From an uncultured Gemmatimonadaceae bacterium (GTDB taxonomy: Bacteria > Gemmatimonadota > Gemmatimonadetes > Gemmatimonadales > Gemmatimonadaceae), in contig CAWBOC010000013.1 of NCBI GenBank assembly GCA_963790305.1, forward strand, positions 96,001-160,000: a DNA stretch of 64,000 nucleotides. Direction: 5' to 3'. The translations under genes were made by a program, and so were the position numbers. The first letter of the stretch is position 1. Every line of letters begins with the position of its first letter. Shown here one piece after another: positions 35,106 through 45,820 of the stretch. The notes under the pieces are model-generated. The model was not told the DNA's origin and did not search any database. It saw only the letters and a program-made list of their open reading frames with translations.

Positions 35106-35196
35106 GAAGGCGCTGGAAAGGCGCTGGGGGCGCTGGAAAAGCGCTGTGGGATTTTCAGCGCTGGTCCCGCGCCCTCAGCGCTTCTCCAGCGCCTTT
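35106..35196. repeat. GCGCTG-core repeat, family B copy 2
   Basis: Four gcgctg units then inverted cagcgc units; shares ctcagcgcttctccagcgcct exactly with copy 1. Confidence 0.8.
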
Positions 35197-35233
35197 CCTA
35201 CCCGAAGATAACCCGATACGCTATATTCACTCC

Positions 35234-37281
35234 GTGGCGACTTTCGACTTCCAGGCCCCTTTTGCCCCGGCCGGTGACCAGCCCCGAGCCATCGCGGAGC
35301 TGAACGCGGGGCTCGCGCGCGGGGACCGCTTCCAGACCCTGCTCGGGGTGACGGGATCGGGAAAGACGATGACGATCGCCAACGTCATCAAGGCCCACGG
35401 ACGCCCCACGCTCGTCCTCTCCCACAACAAGACCCTGGCGGCGCAGCTGTACGGCGAGCTGAAGGGCTTCTTTCCGCACAATGCGGTCGAGTACTTCATC
35501 TCGTACTACGACTACTACCAGCCCGAGGCGTACGTCCCGTCGACCGACACGTACATCGAGAAGGACGCATCGATCAACGAGGACATCGACCGGCTGCGGT
35601 TGCGCGCCACGTCGAGCCTCATGGAGCGCGAGGACGTCGTCATCGTCGCGACGGTGTCGGCGATCTACGGGTTGGGCGACCCGATCACGTATCGCGAAAC
35701 GTGGTGACGCTGGAACGGGGGCAGCACATCGCGCGCGACGACATCCTTCGCTCGCTGGTGCGCATTCTCTACAATCGGAACGACGTGAGCTTCGATCGCG
35801 GAACGTTTCGTGTCCGCGGCGATACCGTCGAGATCCTCCCCGCGTACGAGGAGCAGGGTGTTCGCATCGAGATGTGGGGCGACGAGATCGAGCGCATCTC
35901 GAAGATCAATGTGCTGACTGGGGAGACGATCGCGGTCCTCGACAAGGCGGCGATCTACCCGGCGAAGCACTTCGTGACAGCTCGGCCGACACTCGAGCGC
36001 GCCGTGGGCGCCATCCGGGCGGAGCTCACCGCACGTCTGTCGGAGCTGCGGGGGCAGGGCAAGCTGCTCGAGGCGCAGCGCCTCGAATCGCGTACGAACT
36101 TCGACATCGAGATGATGCTGGAGGTCGGGACGTGCGCGGGGATCGAGAACTACGCGCGACATCTGTCGCAGCGTCAGGTCGGCGAGCGCCCGGCCGTACT
36201 CTTCGACTACTTCCCCGAGGATTTTCTCGTCGTCGTCGACGAATCGCACGTCTCGCTGCCGCAAATCGGCGGCATGTTCAACGGGGACCGTGCGCGGAAG
36301 CTCACTCTCGTCGAGCATGGGTTCCGTCTTCCGAGCGCCCTCGACAACCGGCCGTTGATGTTCGACGAGTTCCTGACGCTGACGCCGCGCGCCATCTTCG
36401 TCTCGGCCACGCCCGCCGACCTGGAGCTGCAGCTGTCGGAGGGCGTCGTCGTCGAGCAGATCATTCGGCCAACCGGCCTCGTCGATCCGGAGATCGAGGT
36501 GCGTCCGGTCCGCGGGCAGGTGGACGATCTGCTGAACGAGATCCGGGTTCGCGAGCGGCGCGGCGAGCGCGTGCTCGTCACCACGCTGACGAAGCGGATG
36601 GCCGAGGATCTGACGGACTATCTGCAGCAGATGGGTGTTCGCGTGCGTTACATGCACTCCGACATCGACGCCATCGAACGAATGGAGATCATCCGCGGCC
36701 TCCGGTTGGGCGAGTTCGACGTGCTGGTCGGGATCAACCTGCTTCGTGAAGGGTTGGATCTTCCCGAGGTCTCGCTGGTGGCGATTCTGGATGCCGACCA
36801 GGAAGGATTTCTCCGCAGCGATCGCTCGCTCATTCAAACGGTGGGACGCGCGGCCCGACATGTGTCAGGGACGGCGATCTTCTATGCCGACCGCATGACG
36901 GGATCGATGCAGCGCTGCATCGAGGAGACGAAGCGCCGGCGCGAGATCCAGGTCGCGTTCAATCGGGAGCACGGAATTACACCGCGCACCGTTGCGAAGA
37001 GCGTGGATCAGGTGCGGTTCAGCACTCGTGTCGCCGACGCACGGACGCCGGAACGGGAGGACACGCGTCGCGTCGCGGAGCCGGCAGCCACCTACGCGAG
37101 CGAGATGGATGCCGAGGCGCTCATCGAGGTACTGGAAAAGGAAATGAAGGAGGCGGCCGCGAATCTCGATTTCGAGGCAGCCGCGCGGCTCCGCGATCAA
37201 GTTTTCGAGCTTCGCGCGCGACGCGACACGAGCAATCGCGGACGCCCCGGCGGCCTCGAGCGCATCAAGGCACGGCGCTGA
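35234..37281 (+). CDS. uvrB: Excinuclease ABC subunit B (frameshift near 35700)
   Basis: [50 protein letters not shown] domain FEAAARLRD. Confidence 0.97.
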
Positions 37282-37341
37282 CCATGGAAAGCATCCTCGC
37301 CATCGAGTGCGACGCGCGCGCATTCTAGCGCGCTTACGACC

Positions 37342-37797
37342 GTGCAATACCACCATCACGTCATCCCGCCACTCGCCGCGTCTGGAAAAGTCGCCGTGAC
37401 GGAAGCCGAGCTTCGCTCATGGGGGGAGCAGCTTGGCCGGGCCATCACCGCGCCACTCGCGATCGCGATTTCCGGAGAGCTCGGAGCAGGGAAGACCACA
37501 CTTGCGCAATCCATCTGTCGGGGCGCCGGGGTTCGCGACTCCGTGACGTCCCCGACGTTCGCACTGGTGCAGCGATACGACGGGGCGCGCTTCCCCGTGT
37601 ACCATCTCGATCTCTACCGTCTTACTTCGGCGCGCGAGCTCGTCAACCTGGGATGGGACGACGTCCTGCGCGATGATGCCCTGGTGCTGATCGAGTGGCC
37701 GGAGCGAGCGGAGGGACACCTTCCGGCCCGCGCGCTGCATATCGAGATCGAGCACCACCCGACCGATACCGCCAAGCGGTTGTTGCTGGCGGGATGA
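37342..37797 (+). CDS. tsaE: t6A biosynthesis ATPase TsaE
   Basis: GELGAGKTT, VTSPTFALV, HLDLYRL, IEWPE. Confidence 0.95.
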   Translation: MQYHHHVIPPLAASGKVAVTEAELRSWGEQLGRAITAPLAIAISGELGAGKTTLAQSICRGAGVRDSVTSPTFALVQRYDGARFPVYHLDLYRLTSARELVNLGWDDVLRDDALVLIEWPERAEGHLPARALHIEIEHHPTDTAKRLLLAG

Positions 37798-38462
37798 GCG
37801 GCCTCGTCCTGGCGCTCGACGCTTCCACCTACGCTGCCAGCGTCGCACTCGTCGACGGGGGCACGGTAGTTCGAGAATGCACCGTGGCAATGCGAGATCC
37901 ACGGCATGAGCGGTTGATGCCCGCCGTTGCCGAGACGCTCGGCGAGCGCGGTATGGTCGACGTCGAGCGGATCGTCTGCGGCGCCGGTCCGGGAAGCTTC
38001 ACGAGCCTGCGCATCGCGGCGTCCATTGCGAAGGGCCTGGCGGCCGCATCCGCCACGCCCCTGTTCGCAGTATCCTCGCTCGCGCTCCTCATTGCCGGAG
38101 TGGAAGGCGGACCGCCGGACGGGCGATGGATCGCGCTGCTCGATGCCATGCGCGGGGAATCGTTCGCGCAGGCCTTCGAGGTGACATCGGGCGCCGAAAT
38201 CAGCGAGGCGTCGGAGGTGCGCGTAGTGCGAGATGACGAGGTCGCTGCATTTGCCCGGACAATGCACGCTCGTACGGCTGGCCGGGGTCGGGAGCTGGAC
38301 GCGGCGCCGCATGCCCGAGGAATTGTGCGATTGAGCCGGCATCGATCTCTTCAGTCGCCGGTCGACCTGGCGTCGTGGGAGCCCGAATACGGTCGGCTTG
38401 CGGAGGCACAGGTTCGCTGGGAGGCTGCGCACGGACGGGCGCTGGATGGACGATCATGGTAA
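37794..38462 (+). CDS. tsaB: t6A biosynthesis protein TsaB
   Basis: LALDAST, GPGSFTSLRIA, LDAMRGE, EPEYGR. Confidence 0.93.
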   Translation: MSGLVLALDASTYAASVALVDGGTVVRECTVAMRDPRHERLMPAVAETLGERGMVDVERIVCGAGPGSFTSLRIAASIAKGLAAASATPLFAVSSLALLIAGVEGGPPDGRWIALLDAMRGESFAQAFEVTSGAEISEASEVRVVRDDEVAAFARTMHARTAGRGRELDAAPHARGIVRLSRHRSLQSPVDLASWEPEYGRLAEAQVRWEAAHGRALDGRSW

Positions 38463-38956
38463 CCGGGGGTGTGACGGTGAGCGCGCAACGAGTCCGCGAC
38501 GGTTCAACGGAAGGCTTGATCGCGATCGGGGCCGCCACGCGCGCCGACATTGACGCCGTGGCGCAGCTCGAGGTGCTCGCTTTTGCCGACCCGTGGATGC
38601 GCCAGGCGTTCGAGGCTGCCCTAAAGGAGCGGCATGCGCGGTTTCGCGTCGCACGCTCGCGCGATGGCGCCGTCGTGGGCTACCTGATCGCCTGGTTCGT
38701 GCTCGACGAAGGGGAGATCGCGAACCTCGCCGTCGTCCCGCTTGCCCGCCGCCGCGGGGTCGCACGCGCCCTCCTGGAGGCGATCATCGGGGAAGCGAGA
38801 GAATCGCGGATCGCGCGGTTATTCCTGGAGGTACGAGAATCGAACGCGGCAGCGCGCTCGCTGTACACATCGATGGGGTTCATGCCCATCGCGCGGCGGC
38901 CGCGGTACTACCGCAAACCGGTCGAAGACGCGATCGTGCTACGGCTGGAGCTGTGA
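38456..38956 (+). CDS. rimI: Ribosomal protein S18 alanine N-acetyltransferase
   Basis: EIANLAV..RRRGVARALL, FLEVRESNAAARSLY, RPRYY..EDAIV; follows tsaB; start uncertain. Confidence 0.9.
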   Translation: MVTGGVTVSAQRVRDGSTEGLIAIGAATRADIDAVAQLEVLAFADPWMRQAFEAALKERHARFRVARSRDGAVVGYLIAWFVLDEGEIANLAVVPLARRRGVARALLEAIIGEARESRIARLFLEVRESNAAARSLYTSMGFMPIARRPRYYRKPVEDAIVLRLEL

Positions 38957-39068
38957 CGAAAGGGAGAGTGCAACGGAATCGGGTGCTGCGCGACGTTTCG
39001 GTGCCGCGCGCTCCCGACCTGGTCGTTATCGTGAGCGACGAAACAACGGGCCATCGCCAGGAGGAATC

Positions 39069-39557
39069 GTGAGTCGAAGCCTGAACAAGGTGACGTTGAT
39101 CGGCAATCTCGGGGCAGATCCCGAGGTGCGCTCGACGTCGGGAGGTAACCGCGTGGCGACGTTCTCACTCGCCACCAGCCGTTCTTGGAACTCCGCGTCG
39201 GGAGAGAAGCAGGAGAAGACGGAGTGGCACCGCTGTGTGGTGTGGAACTCGAAGGCGTCGACGCTTGCCGACATCGTGGAGCGCTACCTCAAGAAGGGCG
39301 ACAAGGTCTACGTCGAGGGGCGGATCGAGTACCGGCAGTGGCAGGACAAGGAGGGGCAGACGCGGTACAGCACGGAGATCAACGTGCGCGAGCTGATCAT
39401 GTTGAGCGGGCGCAGTGGCGGCGCCGATGCAGACGGTGCCGAGGGGGCGAGTCGGCGCCCGGCGGCGGCTGCGAAGGGTGCGGCGGGGGCCTCCGGGGGG
39501 GACTTCGAGGACTTCCGCGGCGCGCTCGAGGAAGAGGACGACGATCTGCCGTTCTAG
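39069..39557 (+). CDS. ssb: Single-stranded DNA-binding protein
   Basis: SLNKVTLIGNLGADPE, TEWHR, KGDKVYVEGRI, C-terminal DDDLPF; GGAGG RBS. Confidence 0.98.
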   Translation: MSRSLNKVTLIGNLGADPEVRSTSGGNRVATFSLATSRSWNSASGEKQEKTEWHRCVVWNSKASTLADIVERYLKKGDKVYVEGRIEYRQWQDKEGQTRYSTEINVRELIMLSGRSGGADADGAEGASRRPAAAAKGAAGASGGDFEDFRGALEEEDDDLPF

Positions 39558-39565
39558 CCTTTCCC

Positions 39566-39629
39566 GAATGCGGAATGCGGAAATACGGACAAACCATTAT
39601 CCGGTCCGCATTCCGCATTCCGGATTCCG
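39566..39629. repeat. Heptamer palindrome family A copy 3
   Basis: gaatgcggaatgcggaaatacgga...tccgcattccgcattccggattccg immediately after the ssb stop. Confidence 0.85.
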
Positions 39630-39747
39630 TCGTGACCTCCCCGTGTCGTCCCGCGTCTCCACTGTGGACAGAATCACCGGGTTCGTGGGGCGAAGTGCCT
39701 GATCGCGCTACGAACGCCTTTTCTCTTGCCACTCTGGGGATCGTTCA

Positions 39748-40896
39748 ATGCCGCGTCTTGAACGCAGCGCGCCGGTGAAGCGGCGCCCAGCCCTTCACAC
39801 GCTTCGCCTAACGCGAGCGGCGCTCCTCGCGCTCGTGGTGCCCGCCATCGCCCTCGCACAAGAGGCGACGGAGCGGCGCACCCACGTGGTCAAGACAGGG
39901 GATACGCTGTGGGATCTGGCCGGAGCCTATCTCAGCGATCCCTTTCTGTGGCCGGAGATCTACCGCATCAACACCGACGTCGTCGAAGATCCGCACTGGA
40001 TCTATCCCGGCGAGGTACTCCAGATCCCGGGCCCGGGTGAGCTGACGGTCGCTGCCGACCAGCCCCTCCCCGTCGAGCAGGGCGTCGAGGATCAGCGCCC
40101 CGTGGGCCCCACGATCTTCGCACGCGCCCAGTCGGGGCCGAACTATGGCCAGCGGAAGCTGACGGGGAGCCGTCGGGTCGCGACTCCCGACGACGTGGAG
40201 CGCGCCGCGGTTCGTGAGGGAGAGTTCATCGCCGCGCCGTGGATGGATCGAAACGGCGGGCCGGAGCAGCATGGCCGCATCGTCGCGGTCGCGGAGCTCC
40301 CTGGAATCGCGCAGGCGTCATATCCAATACGCGTCTCGCCGCAGGATCGCATTTACGTCACACTCCCGCGCGACGTCGCTGCCGCCGTCGGCGAGCGCTA
40401 TCTGTCGTACGAGCTGGGTCCGTCAATGCCGCAGGGGCAAATCGTTGTGCCTACGGGAATTCTCATCGTCGAGAAGCCGGCCACCGACGAGGCCACGCTG
40501 GTTCGTGTCGAGCGCATGTTCGGCGAGGTCAAAATCGGCAACCGCTTTATCCCGCTCGAGCGCATCCAGCTTCCCACCGACGCTCGGCCCGCTCCAGTGG
40601 ACCTCGGGGTCCGCGGTCGTGTGATCTGGATCGCAAGCAAGGCGGTGCTGCCCTCGGTTCAGCATTACCTCCTCATCGACGCCAGCCGTAAAGACGGTGT
40701 CAGCCTGGGCGACCAGTTCACGCTCATGCAGGGACGCGAGGAGCTCGATCGTGGGGTAAGACTGCCGGAGCAGCCTGTCGCACTAGCGCAGGTCGTACGC
40801 GTGACTGAGCGCGGCGCCACGGTGATGATCGTCGATCAAGTGCAGCCCAAGGTCCGTGAGGGCATGGAAGCGCGCTTGACGGCAAAGATGCCCTAG
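39748..40896 (+). CDS. LysM peptidoglycan-binding secreted protein (TsaP-like architecture)
   Basis: Signal peptide; HVVKTGDTLWDLA..YLSDPFLWPEIYRIN...DPHWIYPG. Confidence 0.85.
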   Translation: MPRLERSAPVKRRPALHTLRLTRAALLALVVPAIALAQEATERRTHVVKTGDTLWDLAGAYLSDPFLWPEIYRINTDVVEDPHWIYPGEVLQIPGPGELTVAADQPLPVEQGVEDQRPVGPTIFARAQSGPNYGQRKLTGSRRVATPDDVERAAVREGEFIAAPWMDRNGGPEQHGRIVAVAELPGIAQASYPIRVSPQDRIYVTLPRDVAAAVGERYLSYELGPSMPQGQIVVPTGILIVEKPATDEATLVRVERMFGEVKIGNRFIPLERIQLPTDARPAPVDLGVRGRVIWIASKAVLPSVQHYLLIDASRKDGVSLGDQFTLMQGREELDRGVRLPEQPVALAQVVRVTERGATVMIVDQVQPKVREGMEARLTAKMP

Positions 40897-40925
40897 CAGC
40901 AGCGATGATGTAGATTGGGCGACGC

Positions 40926-41733
40926 ATGATCGCGATCGCCCATTCTCTCGCCATCACACTGTACCTCGGCGCCGCGGCTCTCGCTGCAGCGCCGTTCGCG
41001 CGTCCGGTCCCGGCGCCCGTGCGCGGTGTCACGACGCTGCTGGGGCTTGGCGTCGTCTGCGCATGTCATCGCCCTCCTCGATTTCGTGCGAGCGCATGGA
41101 CAGGCGCCGGTGTCCGGGCTGGGACCCGCGCTGTCCTTGGCCGCGCTCCTGCTCGCCGTGATACTGCTCGGCGTCGAGCTAATCGCGCACGAGGTGAGCC
41201 TGTCCCTGGTCGCTGCGCCACTGTCGGCAGCGCTCGCCGCGGTCGCGAATGTTGCCGGCCTCTCCCCGGTGTCCATGGCGAGTGGCGTGCAAGGAGCGTG
41301 GCTCGCGGCGCACGTTGCGCTGAGCTTCCTCGGCATCGCGAGCTTTGCCACTGGCGCGGCCGCGGGGGTCATGTACATGGTGGAGCGACGAGAGCTGAAA
41401 GCGCGGCGCTTCGGCGCCATCTTTCGCTTCTTTCCTCCACTGGACACCCTCGATCGCGTGAACCATCTCGCCTGCCTCGCGGGCGGGGCAACGCTGACGC
41501 TTGGCGTCGCGGTGGCTGTCGCGTACTCGGTCGAGTTCCGCACGGTAAATCTGCCGCAGATCCTGTGGGGAATGGCCGCGTGGCTGGCGTTGATCGTGAT
41601 TGCGATAGGCCGCGCAATCGGCGGCTGGCAGGCGCGGCGGGCAGCGGTCGTGACGGCGACTTCATTCGCCGCGGTTGTGCTGCTCTATGTCGCGCTGCGG
41701 ATGACTGGCGCGGCGGACGGCGGGTTTCTGTGA
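40926..41733 (+). CDS. Cytochrome c assembly (CcsA/HemX-like) membrane protein (frameshift near 41058)
   Basis: Multiple TM helices; WLAAHVALSFLG, FFPPLDTLDRVN, GWQARRAA; lies upstream of hemA. Confidence 0.8.
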
Positions 41734-42341
41734 GCGGCTACCCCGTGCTCCTCGAGGGCCGAGCGATCACCGCACTCGTCGTCGGCGGCGGAAGCGTCGC
41801 TTCGCGGAAGGTGCGAGCGTTGCTCGCCGCGGGAGCCCGCGTTCGCGTGGTCGCGCCCTCGATCACCGCTGAGCTTCAAACGCTCGGCGAGCGCGAAAAA
41901 CACCTGACGATCGAAAAGCGTCGCTTTCAGGACAAGGACGTGCGCGAGGTGACGCTCGTCGTCGCGGCGACCGATGAGCGAACGACCAACTCTCGCATTG
42001 CGCGCATCGCGCGAGAGCACCATCGGCTCGTCAGTGTTTCCGATTTTCCGACTGAGGGGAGCTTCAGCGGGATGGCGGCGCATTGCTCCGGCGACGTCGT
42101 GATCGGCGTCTCGGCGGGGGGAGTGCCGCGCGCGGCGGCTCGGATACGGGATGCCATCGCCGAGCGGTTCGACGGGCGATACGCCGCGGCGATCGACGCC
42201 CTGCGATCGATGCGTCGGCGACTGCTGGACACCGGCGGTGCCGCAAAGTGGGAGCAGGCGATGCGGACGCTCCTTGACGAGCGGTTCTGCGCGCGTGTCG
42301 AGGGCGGCGAGATCACGGCCGAGGTCGACGCATGGCATTGA
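41730..42341 (+). CDS. Precorrin-2 dehydrogenase / sirohydrochlorin ferrochelatase (SirC/Met8/CysG-N)
   Basis: YPVLL, VVGGGSVASRK, LVVAATDE, GVSAGGVP. Confidence 0.88.
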   Translation: MSGYPVLLEGRAITALVVGGGSVASRKVRALLAAGARVRVVAPSITAELQTLGEREKHLTIEKRRFQDKDVREVTLVVAATDERTTNSRIARIAREHHRLVSVSDFPTEGSFSGMAAHCSGDVVIGVSAGGVPRAAARIRDAIAERFDGRYAAAIDALRSMRRRLLDTGGAAKWEQAMRTLLDERFCARVEGGEITAEVDAWH

Positions 42342-43618
42342 CGCTCGTCGGCGTGAGCCATGCGACCGCGGACATCGAGGTGCGCGAGCGCCTCGCGCAT
42401 GCGCCACACGAGATTCCCATCACGCTCGCCGCAGTCCGCGACGACACCGGTGCGCGCGAGGGTGTTCTCCTCTCCACCTGCAATCGGACCGAGATCTATC
42501 TCGTCGAAGGCGAGCATGACGCGACCAGTGGCGCGTGGACCGCATTGTCGAGGCGGCTCGGCCGCGACGCGTCGCCGTACGGCTACGTCCGACGCGAGCG
42601 TGAGGTGGTGAAGCATCTCTTCCGTGTCGCCTCGGGGCTCGATTCAATGATTCTTGGCGAGACGCAGATCCAGGGACAGGTGCGCGATGCGTGGCAGATC
42701 GGGCGCGCGCACTCGTCGGCTGCACTCAACCGCCTCTTTCAGTCGGCCCTCCTCGTCGCTGGCCGCATACGCGCGGAGACGGCGATCGGGCATGGCGCGG
42801 CATCGGTGAGCTCGGCGGCGGTGCAGCTTGCCAAGAAAATATTCGGCTCGCTGCACGGCCGGCGCGCGATGATCCTCGGCGCCGGCGAGATGGCCGAGCT
42901 GGCGCTCGAGTGTCTCGTCGCGCAAGGGGTGCGCACGGCGATCGTGGCCAATCGCACGTACGACCGCGCCCGGGACATGGCCGCGCGGCACGGCGCGAGC
43001 GCGCTGCACTACGACGAATGCTGGTCGCGTCTGTCCGACGTCGATGTCATGCTGTGCTCCACGGCGGCACCACACGCCGTGGTGACACCCGCGCACATCG
43101 CCCCGACACTCGCGGCCCGCGGGGACCGTCCCCTCTGCATTCTCGACATCTCGCTTCCGCGGGATGTCGATCCCGCGGTCGGCCGGCTCGACAACGTGTA
43201 TCTGTACGATCTGGACGACCTTCGTCAGCTCGTCGCGACCACCGTCGATCATCGGCGCGGCGAAGTCCCGAGCGCCGAGCGGCTGATCGAGGAAGAGGTA
43301 GAGTCGTATTGGTCGTGGCTGGCCGGGCTCGCTGCAGTCCCCGTTCTCACCGAGTTTCGCGCGCGCATGGACGATGTTCGCGATCGCGAGGTGACGCGAC
43401 TCCTCCGGCGACTCGAGCACCTTCCGGAATCGGATCGCGAGACCATCGAACACTTCTCACGAGCACTAATGAACAAGTTCATGCACGAGCCGTCGGTACG
43501 CTTGCGCGCCGCGGCGGCGAACGGACGCGGACTGGGGATCGTCGATGCGGTGCGCTACCTCTTCGCGCTCGAGGACGGGAGCAAGGCGGACGACACCAAC
43601 GTCGAGAGCGATCGATGA
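42332..43618 (+). CDS. hemA: Glutamyl-tRNA reductase
   Basis: LSTCNRTEIY, HLFRVASGLDSMILGETQIQGQV, GAGEMAE, DISLPRDV. Confidence 0.97.
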   Translation: MALTLVGVSHATADIEVRERLAHAPHEIPITLAAVRDDTGAREGVLLSTCNRTEIYLVEGEHDATSGAWTALSRRLGRDASPYGYVRREREVVKHLFRVASGLDSMILGETQIQGQVRDAWQIGRAHSSAALNRLFQSALLVAGRIRAETAIGHGAASVSSAAVQLAKKIFGSLHGRRAMILGAGEMAELALECLVAQGVRTAIVANRTYDRARDMAARHGASALHYDECWSRLSDVDVMLCSTAAPHAVVTPAHIAPTLAARGDRPLCILDISLPRDVDPAVGRLDNVYLYDLDDLRQLVATTVDHRRGEVPSAERLIEEEVESYWSWLAGLAAVPVLTEFRARMDDVRDREVTRLLRRLEHLPESDRETIEHFSRALMNKFMHEPSVRLRAAAANGRGLGIVDAVRYLFALEDGSKADDTNVESDR

Positions 43619-44583
43619 GCGGCCGCGCTCTCGTAACCGGCGGCGCCGGGTTCATCGGCTCGCATGTCTCCGATCTGCTGCTCGCGAATGGCTTCGAGGT
43701 CACGATCATCGACAACCTGGTGAGCGGAAATCGCGACCAGGTGCCGAAGGCGGCGACGTTTCACGAGATGGACATCACCGACGAGCGCGTCTCGCGGCTG
43801 GTGCAGGAGTCGGGGTTCGACGTGATCTGCCACCTCGCGGCGCAGATCGACGTTCGGAAAAGCGTTGCCGATCCCGCGTATGATTCGCGCGTCAACATCG
43901 GCGGAACGCTCAATCTCCTCGAGGCGGTACGGCAGAGCGGCAAGCGCTCGACGCGTTTCGTCTTTTCGTCGACCGGCGGTGCCGTGTATGGCGATCTCGT
44001 CGCGCCGCCGACCTCGGAGGAGGCGCCAAAGGATCCGCAGTCTCCCTATGGTACGGCGAAGCTGAGTGTCGAGTACTACATGGGGTACTACGCCCGCGTT
44101 CATGGACTCGAGACGGTAGCGCTGCGGTATTCCAACGTGTACGGACCTCGGCAAGATCCGCACGGGGAAGCGGGGGTAGTCGCGATATTCTGTAACCGGC
44201 TGCTCGACGGGACGCCGCTGACGATTTTCGGCGACGGCAAGCAGACGCGCGACTATGTCTACGTTGGCGACGTCGCGCGGGCGAATCTGCTGGCGGCGAC
44301 GCGCCCGCTTCCCTCGATTGGCGCGCTGGACGCGCGCGCGTTCAACGTCGGAACCTCCGTCGAGACGGACGTGGTGGAATTGGCGCGGCTGCTTCGCGAG
44401 ATCGCCGGCGCAAACGTGGAGGCCAAGCACGCCCCTGACCGGCCAGGGGAGCAGAAGCGCTCCGCGGTCGACGTGCGGAAAGCGCAGCGCGTACTGGGCT
44501 GGCAGCCGAAGATGTCGCTGCGGGATGGGCTCGCCGAGACCTATCGGTACTTCGCGGCACGCCGCGAGGGGGCACGCACGTGA
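43615..44583 (+). CDS. NAD-dependent epimerase (UDP-glucose 4-epimerase-like)
   Basis: TGGAGFIGSH, HLAAQIDVRKSV, SSTGGAVYG, SPYGTAK, NVYGPRQDPHGEAGVVAIF. Confidence 0.9.
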   Translation: MSGRALVTGGAGFIGSHVSDLLLANGFEVTIIDNLVSGNRDQVPKAATFHEMDITDERVSRLVQESGFDVICHLAAQIDVRKSVADPAYDSRVNIGGTLNLLEAVRQSGKRSTRFVFSSTGGAVYGDLVAPPTSEEAPKDPQSPYGTAKLSVEYYMGYYARVHGLETVALRYSNVYGPRQDPHGEAGVVAIFCNRLLDGTPLTIFGDGKQTRDYVYVGDVARANLLAATRPLPSIGALDARAFNVGTSVETDVVELARLLREIAGANVEAKHAPDRPGEQKRSAVDVRKAQRVLGWQPKMSLRDGLAETYRYFAARREGART

Positions 44584-45303
44584 TCGGCGACCCGATGTTC
44601 GCTCAGGTCTCGGAGGCGATTCCAACGTCGCCATGGGAAATGATCACGCACGCCACGATCATGACGCAGATCGTGCTCGCGGTTCTGGTCATTCTCTCGT
44701 TGATCAGCTGGGCGATCATGTTGCTCAAGTGGCGCGAGTTTCGTCGCGTGCACGACGCGGGTCGCACCTTCATGCGTGATTTCGAGCGTGCGTCGTCCCT
44801 CGAGGATGCGAGCGCGGTCGCGCGCCGCAGCCCTCCGAGTCCCTTCACGCGCATCTTCACACGCGCGGTGAACTTTTTCGCCGAGATGAAGCCCGGGGCG
44901 CTGCGCTCGACGGAGGCGCATGATCCACTCAGTGGATCACAGGTCGAAGCGCTGCGCCTGGTGCTCGATGCGGAGACGACTGACGAGCGTGACCGGATGG
45001 GAGCCTTCATCCCCTGGCTCGCCACGATCGGCTCGGTGAGCCCGTCTGATCGGGCTGCTCGGCACGGTGCTTGGCGTCATCGACGCGTTCATCGGGATCG
45101 CGACGAAGGGCTCGGGCAACATCAGCGCGGTGGCACCCGGGGTGGCCGAGGCGCTCATTGCGACCGCGGCCGCACTTGCGGTGGCCATTCCGGCAGTGTT
45201 CGGGTACAACATTTTCGCGAGCAAGCTCAACCGACTGGAGAGCGAGCTCGAGGGATTTGGGACGGAGATCATTGCGATGATGGTGCGCGAGGGGAGGATT
45301 TGA
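44580..45303 (+). CDS. tolQ: TolQ (MotA/TolQ/ExbB family), frameshift near 45045
   Basis: WLATIGSVSP..GLLGTVLG, VAPGVAEALIATAAALAVAIPA. Confidence 0.9.
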
Positions 45304-45307
45304 TCGC

Positions 45308-45397
45308 CGAGGCGATCGAGGGTGTCGAGGTGATCGAGGTAATCGAGGGCGTCCGCCTGGATTCCCTCGACAACCTTGACGACCTCGATCACTTCGA
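45308..45397. repeat. TCGAGG-core 9-bp tandem/inverted repeat, family C copy 1
   Basis: (r-tcgagg-nn)x4-5 followed by inverted (cctcga/ccttga/cttcga)x4, between tolQ and tolR. Confidence 0.8.
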
Positions 45398-45412
45398 ATG
45401 GAGTGTCAGCGC

Positions 45413-45820
45413 ATGAGACGTGGTCGCTCTCGCATGCCGCTCAATGGCGAGATCAACGTCGTCTCGCTGATCGACGTCATGATGCTGCTGATGGTCATCT
45501 TCATGATCACGGCGCCGATCATGCAGGGCGGCGTGGATGTCGCGCTCCCGCGCGCCGAGGCGCGTCCGCTGGAGCCGAGGCAAGGACTCGTCGTCACGGT
45601 GAACCGTCGAGGGGAGATCTTCGTGGACCAGACACGACTCACCTATCCGGAATTCCGCGCCAGCTTCCGTGCACTCGCGTCGCAGCGCGCGCGCGATGGC
45701 GTGTATTTGCGCGCTGATCAGGGCGTTCCGTACGGCAACGTCGTGCGCGTGCTTGCCGTTATGCGGGCCGCGGGCGTCGGCGACGTCGGGCTCGTGGCGG
45801 AGCCGGAGGAAGTGCGGTAG
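45413..45820 (+). CDS. tolR: TolR (ExbD family)
   Basis: EINVVSLIDVMMLLMVIFMITAP, LRADQGVPYG. Confidence 0.92.
   Translation: MRRGRSRMPLNGEINVVSLIDVMMLLMVIFMITAPIMQGGVDVALPRAEARPLEPRQGLVVTVNRRGEIFVDQTRLTYPEFRASFRALASQRARDGVYLRADQGVPYGNVVRVLAVMRAAGVGDVGLVAEPEEVR

Noticed and set aside
40926..44583. Apparent long fusion ORFs 40926-42341, 42691-44583 and 49637-52855
   Set aside because: Out-of-frame upstream extensions; true starts are 41730, 43615 and 50132
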